A stretch of DNA of 64,000 nucleotides from Geopsychrobacteraceae bacterium (GTDB lineage: Bacteria > Desulfobacterota > Desulfuromonadia > Desulfuromonadales > Geopsychrobacteraceae): contig CAXXTB010000001.1 of assembly GCA_963676795.2 (NCBI GenBank), positions 480,001-544,000 on the forward strand, given 5' to 3'. Within the stretch, counting starts at the first letter, position 1. Every line of letters starts with the position of its first letter. A model generated the notes under the pieces. It worked only from the letters and a program-made list of their open reading frames with translations. It ran no database searches and had not been told where the DNA came from. The translations under genes and the position numbers were made by a program. Shown piece by piece: positions 56,693 to 64,000 of the stretch.

Positions 56693-58765
56693 ATGGCTCA
56701 GGCAAGGGTACGCAAAGACAGTCCGTCTTTGGATTTTCATCTGCAGGCCGTGAAGGCCGGTGAACGCCGCTTTGAAAACGCCTTTCAGAGTGTTGCGCGG
56801 ATGATCCTTTCCCATCCGGTCACCAAGGTCGTGGTCAACGGCAGGTCGACCTACGATTTCGAGATTTTCCGCCTCGGTTCCAAGCACGCCATCGGCATGT
56901 ATGACGAGATCAACAGCTTCGTCTCCTTCGTCAAGGATGCCGCAGAAGGCGGCTCGTCCAAGGAGATGGCCTACGTGCTGGTCGGCGAGCCGGGCAACGG
57001 CAAGACCTTCTTCGTCGAGTACCTGTGCGGCAAGTACCGCGAGTTCCTCCAGCAGCCGGTCAACCGCAAGTACACCTTCCGTTTTACCGGCCTCGACCAG
57101 ATCGGCAGTTACGGCAAGATCAGCAGCATCGAGTCGCAGACCTACGAAGACCCGCTGGTGCTGGCGATGAACCTGGGCGAAACCCTCGATCAGAGCAAGG
57201 AATTGCTCGCCAAAACCTGGAAGTTCACCGACAAGCAGATTGACGGGTTCTATGAGAATTACCGTCCCTTGGGGGCCTGCAGCAGCTACATCCTGGAGGA
57301 ACTGCGCGGCCACTGTAACGGCAGTATCCCCGAACTGCTCAAGATGGTTGATATCCTGCCGGTTCCCTTGAGTGAATCGCTGGGGACGGTGACCGGCAAG
57401 TACGCGGCCAAGGACAAGATCACCTCAAGCGCCGTCGACCTGCTCGGCGAGGAATCGATCCAGCGTCTGCTGCATATCGCCGACACCAACAATCCCTACC
57501 GTTTCGACCTGCGCCGTGGCGCCCTGGCCCGGGTGGCCGGCGGCGGCATTCACTTCAGCGACGAGATCTACAAAAACAAGAAGGACCTGGTTCAGGTCTA
57601 CCTCGGGGTCATCCAGAACCGGCTGATCGAGATGGACGGCTACAAGTGGCCGATCGACACCCTGATCATTGCCACCAGCAACAACGCCGAGTTCAACCGC
57701 TTCCTTTCCGAAAAGGAGGAGGCGCCGATCATCGACCGCTGCCGGATCTGCTACGTCTCCCACAACACCAACTACAAGATGCAGAAGGGGTTGACCGAAT
57801 ACGCCATCGGCAACGAGAGCAAGACCACCCTGACCGGCCAGGTCCTGCATCAGGATCCGAATCTCAACTACGCGGCCAGTGTCGCCGTGGTGCTGACCCG
57901 CCTGCCGCACAGCGAGAAGCTGACCGCCATCGAAACCATGAAACTGGCGGCCGGCGAGGTGGCCGGCGAGAAGAGCATCAAGACCCTCGCCGAGGTCATC
58001 GACCAGCTCAACCAGGAGGCCGACATCACCAAGCGCTTCGGTCAGAAGGGGCTGGGGCAACGGAATTTAGGAAGGGCGATCCAGCTTATGATCGAGTCGT
58101 CCGAGACCAACGAGGGGCGCTGCATGTTCGCCCACGATGTCTTTCGCAGCATCGAAAGGGTCATTCTCGACTACGTTGCCGACAACAACGACCGGGCCAA
58201 GTTCCTCTCCGACCTGCGCCTGGCCAAGCAGCTCTACCGCGAGCGGATCATGACCGAGATGTTCAACGCTTACATGGACGAACCGCAGGCGATCCGCAAG
58301 GATGTCATGAGCTACGTCAACATGATCATCGGTATCGACGCCGACAACCTTGGCCCGGACAAGATGTGGAAGTACCGCGATCCGCAGACTGACGAGCTCA
58401 AGGCGCTCAAGATCGATCCACGCTTCATCCAGAACGTCGAAGACCGGCTGGGCTTAAAGACCGAGGAGCAGCGCGAGAGCTTCCGCACCTCGATCCGCAA
58501 GATCTACGGCCAGAAGATCTCCATCGATCCTGCTTACGACTTCATGGACAACCTCGAGCTGGTCAAGGCGGTCACCGATGTGCGCCTCAAGTCGGATATC
58601 GCCGGCGCCGGTTCGCTGGTCGGAGCGCTGGCCAACCGCACCAACGAAGAGAACCAGAAGCTCTATGACCGGATGGTCGACACCATGCTCGGCCAGCTCG
58701 GCTACTGCAAGACCTGCGCGCAGAAGACCATCGAGTATTTCTGTACCCAGGATGATGAAAGCTGA
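56693..58765 (+). CDS. prkA: PrkA/YeaG-family AAA+ protein (paralog 1)
   Basis: Walker A GEPGNGKT, Walker B IHFSDE, IIATSNNAE, IIDR; ATG 56693 after GGAGG. Confidence 0.9.
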   Translation: MAQARVRKDSPSLDFHLQAVKAGERRFENAFQSVARMILSHPVTKVVVNGRSTYDFEIFRLGSKHAIGMYDEINSFVSFVKDAAEGGSSKEMAYVLVGEPGNGKTFFVEYLCGKYREFLQQPVNRKYTFRFTGLDQIGSYGKISSIESQTYEDPLVLAMNLGETLDQSKELLAKTWKFTDKQIDGFYENYRPLGACSSYILEELRGHCNGSIPELLKMVDILPVPLSESLGTVTGKYAAKDKITSSAVDLLGEESIQRLLHIADTNNPYRFDLRRGALARVAGGGIHFSDEIYKNKKDLVQVYLGVIQNRLIEMDGYKWPIDTLIIATSNNAEFNRFLSEKEEAPIIDRCRICYVSHNTNYKMQKGLTEYAIGNESKTTLTGQVLHQDPNLNYAASVAVVLTRLPHSEKLTAIETMKLAAGEVAGEKSIKTLAEVIDQLNQEADITKRFGQKGLGQRNLGRAIQLMIESSETNEGRCMFAHDVFRSIERVILDYVADNNDRAKFLSDLRLAKQLYRERIMTEMFNAYMDEPQAIRKDVMSYVNMIIGIDADNLGPDKMWKYRDPQTDELKALKIDPRFIQNVEDRLGLKTEEQRESFRTSIRKIYGQKISIDPAYDFMDNLELVKAVTDVRLKSDIAGAGSLVGALANRTNEENQKLYDRMVDTMLGQLGYCKTCAQKTIEYFCTQDDES

Positions 58766-58779
58766 GGCTTAGGTAGCCT

Positions 58780-60120
58780 ATGAAACGACCGAAGACAGAT
58801 AAAACCTCCCGGTCGGACAGTGCGCAAAACACCCCGACCGCTCAGACCCTGGATCAGGAGATTCGCCAGGCAGATCCCGGCCCGCCCCTGAACGATCTGT
58901 ATGCGGCGAACGATTACCAGCTTCTGTTGCAGATGAGCGACGGCAAGGCGGGTGTCTCGCACAGCATGCGCAGCCTCGACGAGTTGCTTGAGCGTGACAA
59001 GGTGCGCGAAAAGGATGGTTTCCCGCGCAAAATCAAGCTCGGCAAGCTGGTCAAGCCGACCCGCGACAGCGGCAAGAAGGTGATCGTCGTGCCGACCACC
59101 GTCGAGGAGAAGTTCGTCCACGACAGCCGCTTCAAGCAGAAGAGTGAGGGGGGCGAACAGAGCGGCGGCCAAGGCGAAGGGGACGAGGGGGAGGTCATCG
59201 GTGAACAGCCGGTCCACGAAAGTCAGGAAGGGGAAGGCGCCGGGGCCGGCCAGGGGGAAGGTGGCAGCCATGAGATCGACGCCGATGCCTACGATCTCGG
59301 CCGCGTCCTGACCGAACAGTTTCAGTTGCCCAACCTCAAGGAGAAAGGGAAGCGGCGGTCGCTGACCCGCTTCACCTATGACCTGACCGACCGTAACCGC
59401 GGTTTCGGCCAGATCCTCGACAAGAAGGCGACCCTGCGCCAGGTGCTCGAAACCAACATCGGCCTCGGCAAGATTGCCGATCCAACCGCGATCGATCCCG
59501 GCGATTTCCTGATCGCGCCGGGGGACAAGGTCTACCGCATCCTCTCCCGCGAGAAAGACTTCGAATCGCAGGCCGTGGTCTTCTTCATCCGCGACTATTC
59601 CGGATCGATGTACGGCAACCCGACCGAGCTGGTCGTCACCCAGCATATCCTCATCTACAGCTGGCTGCTCTACCAGTATCACGGTCGTGTCGAGTTGCGT
59701 TTTATCCTCCACGACACCCAGGCCAGGGAGGTCGACGATTTCTACACCTACTACAACTCGCGGGTTGCAGGGGGCACCCAGGTCGCAGCCGGCTACCGGC
59801 TGATCAACAAGATCGTCGCCGAGGAGAGCCTGTCCAGCGAAAGCAACATCTATGTCTTTCACGGCACCGACGGCGATGACTGGGATCGTGAAGGAACCCA
59901 GGCGATCAAGGAGCTGGAGATCATGCTGAACTACGCCAGCCGGGTCGGTATCACCATCGCCGAGCGGGCCCACGTCACGCCGGGCACGACCCTGATGGAA
60001 AACTATCTGAAACGTTCCGGCATGATCGAGAGAAGCAAGACCTTCAGGGTCGATTCGATGAAGGACAACGTCGGCGAAGCACGGATCATTGAAGGGATCA
60101 AGAACCTGGTGTCCGAATAG
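58780..60120 (+). CDS. yeaH: YeaH/YhbH (DUF444) vWA-domain protein
   Basis: G.G.G.G.G low-complexity linker, LPNL..KG, MIDAS DYSGS, GGT, FHGTDGDDW. Confidence 0.9.
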   Translation: MKRPKTDKTSRSDSAQNTPTAQTLDQEIRQADPGPPLNDLYAANDYQLLLQMSDGKAGVSHSMRSLDELLERDKVREKDGFPRKIKLGKLVKPTRDSGKKVIVVPTTVEEKFVHDSRFKQKSEGGEQSGGQGEGDEGEVIGEQPVHESQEGEGAGAGQGEGGSHEIDADAYDLGRVLTEQFQLPNLKEKGKRRSLTRFTYDLTDRNRGFGQILDKKATLRQVLETNIGLGKIADPTAIDPGDFLIAPGDKVYRILSREKDFESQAVVFFIRDYSGSMYGNPTELVVTQHILIYSWLLYQYHGRVELRFILHDTQAREVDDFYTYYNSRVAGGTQVAAGYRLINKIVAEESLSSESNIYVFHGTDGDDWDREGTQAIKELEIMLNYASRVGITIAERAHVTPGTTLMENYLKRSGMIERSKTFRVDSMKDNVGEARIIEGIKNLVSE

Positions 60121-60160
60121 TTTTCAGCCGGAAACGGCCCTTTTCCGCTGTGGCGGCGTA

Positions 60161-60216
60161 CCCCCCTGCTCGTAAACTCGCTTCCCCCCTATTTTATAGG
60201 GGGGATCAAGGGGGGT
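60161..60216. repeat. REP-like palindromic element, copy B (inverted relative to copy A)
   Basis: Reverse complement reads ACCCCCCTTGATCCCCCCTATAAAATAGGGGGGAAGCGAGTTTACGAGCAGGGGGG. Confidence 0.8.
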
Positions 60217-60255
60217 GCTTTTAAAACGTACACTCATTATTGCGAGGCGCAGCCT

Positions 60256-61868
<1,613 letters not shown>

Positions 61869-61872
<4 letters not shown>

Positions 61873-64000
61873 CCAACGGAATCAAGGAACTCAACAGCAA
61901 AAAAGCGCCGATCAACCGGGCCATGGAGAACTTTGCCCGCCAGCATGGGAACCATCTGCAGGGTGAGGTGGTGCCGTTTGACCGTTACCTGGAAATGGTC
62001 ATGAACGATCCGACCATGACCATCCGCAACATCTTTCAGCTCTTTCATGACATGATCAGGGCCTATATCTCGGGTGGTGTCGATGAATACGAAGGGGATC
62101 CGGAATCGATCAACTATATGTTCTACGACACCTCGAAGCTGTTTTTCGAGAATGCCGACAACCCCTTCTTTGCCGATCGTCTGTTTACCAACCGGCTGGT
62201 CAAGCTGGTCGACAATTTCCGCAGCAGTATCCAGCAGAACAAGATCTATATCTTCAAGGGACCGCATGGCAGCGGCAAGAGCACCTTCCTCGACAATCTG
62301 CTGCGCGCCTTCGAGCAGTACGCCAACAGCGCGGAAGGACGCACCTATGAAGCTGTCTGGCGTCTCGATCACCGGCTGCTCAACAGGTTCAGTCCGGTTC
62401 AGCTCGATCGCCTGCTGATGCAGCTTGTCGAAACCATGGATGAGCTGGAGCTGTCCGCTTCGGTGGAGGACGCCCAGCGCGCAATCCAGCACGGTGAACT
62501 CTACCTGGAGATCCCCTGTCCGAGTCACGACAACCCGGTGCTGATGATTCCGCGTGATCAGCGCCGCGATTTCTTCGACGACCTGTTCCGCAACGACGAA
62601 ATCAAGTGGAAGCTGTTCACCGAAAAACAGTACGAATGGGTGTTCAAGGAGACTCCCTGCACCATCTGCTCGTCGATCTATCAGGCGCTGACCCGGCGCC
62701 TGGACAACCCGGCGCTGGCGCTCAAGATGCTCCATGCCCGGCCCTATCGCTTCAACCGCAGAATGGGGACCGGGATCAGCGTCTTCAATCCCGGCGACCC
62801 GTCGCTCAAGCGCGATGTACTGACCAACGAGATCCTCCAGCAGCGGATCAACCGGATGCTGCGCGACAGCAACCAGGTCCAGTACATCTACTCCAACTTT
62901 GCCAAGACCAACAACGGCGTCTACGCGCTGATGGACGTCAAGGGGGACAACGTCGAACGCCTGATCAAGCTGCACAACATCATCAGCGAGGGGGTGCACA
63001 AGGTCGAGGATATCGAGGAGCAGGTTACTTCGCTGTTCCTGGCCCTGATGAATCCGGAGGACGAGCAGAGCATCAAGGACCTGCCGTCGCTCTCCGACCG
63101 GATCGAATATATCAAGATCCCCTACATCCTCGATCTGCGTACCGAGGTTGAGATCTACCGCAACATCTTCGCCCGCCATATCGATGACAGCTTCCTGCCG
63201 CGGGTCCTGCACAACTTCGCCCGGATCATCATCTCAACCCGGCTGCGCCGTGAATCTCCGGCGATGCTGGAATGGATCAGGGATCCGCATCGTTACAGCC
63301 GCTTCTGCGACCGCAACCTGCAGCTGCTCAAGATGGAGATCTACACCGGCAATATCCCGGCCTGGCTCGACGAAAGCGATCGCAAGTCGCTGACCGCCAA
63401 GCTGCGCAAAAAGATTATCGCCGAGTCGGAGAACGAGGGGGACCGGGGGTTCTCGGGGCGTGATTCGATCAGGATCTTCAGCGAACTCTACGCGGCTTAC
63501 GCCAAGGAAGGCTCGCTGATCAACATGACCACGCTGCGCAAGTTCTTCAGCCGCAACGCCCAGTGGAAGAAGATGATCCCGGACGGTTTTCTCGATGCGC
63601 TGATGCAGATGTACGACTACACCATCACCCAGGAGATCAAGGAGGCGCTCTATTATTACAACGAAGAGCAGATCGACCACGATCTGAAGAATTACATCTT
63701 CGCCCTCAATTTCGAAGAGGGGGAGCAGGTCAACTGTATCTATACCGGCGATCGCTTTACCATCGGCGAGGAGTTCTTCCGGCCGATCGAGGCGCGGCTG
63801 TTCGCCGATATCTCCGATTACACCGAGGTGCTCGCCTATCGCCGGGAATTCCAGAAGGAGTACACCAGCCGGACCCTGACCCAGGAGCTGCGCCTCGACG
63901 GGCGCAAGCTGCATGAGACCCGGCTCTACCGCTCGCTCTACGAGCGCTATGTCCATTTCCTTAAGGAGCAGGTCCTGGAGCCGTTTCTCAAGAATGAAAA
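61869..64000 (+). CDS. Second PrkA-family AAA+ protein (3' partial; runs off window)
   Basis: Missing from the ORF track because it has no stop. ATGA overlap with spoVR; hand translation gives IYIFKGPHGSGKSTFL, IPCPSHDNP, TPCTICSS, SLSDRIEYIKIPY, GFSGRDSI. Confidence 0.88.

Overview
A GC-rich bacterial chromosomal window. Gene content and regulatory sites point to a Desulfuromonadales-type deltaproteobacterium (inference). Most of it is housekeeping and accessory metabolism. In order: a partial AroB/sugar-phosphate cyclase, macA-macB-OMF efflux, znuA with a Zur-type box, zupT, a complete divergent biotin cluster with BirA operators, a Cache-PAS hybrid kinase, ybhGFSR, a DUF2318 + ABC metal-uptake-like operon, srkA, aroE, dgkA-PAP2, a short rpsA paralog, a globin-coupled diguanylate cyclase, yegD, a di-rubredoxin glutamate-synthase-like protein, and a prkA-yeaH-spoVR-prkA operon running off the end. 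Three bacterioferritin paralogs are dispersed across the window. The most notable feature is an orphan type VI secretion cargo cassette (33984-40624): vgrG with a C-terminal extension, a 943-aa calcineurin-like metallophosphoesterase, a signal-peptide-bearing AT-rich pentapeptide-repeat protein and a small membrane protein. It reads as a candidate new effector/immunity class. Also seen are an unannotated 30-aa six-cysteine Gly-rich peptide gene with its own RBS and terminator, other Cys/His-rich small proteins, and several structured intergenic elements. No rRNA, tRNA, CRISPR array or transposase was recognised. All calls come from reading motifs by eye; no database search was run.
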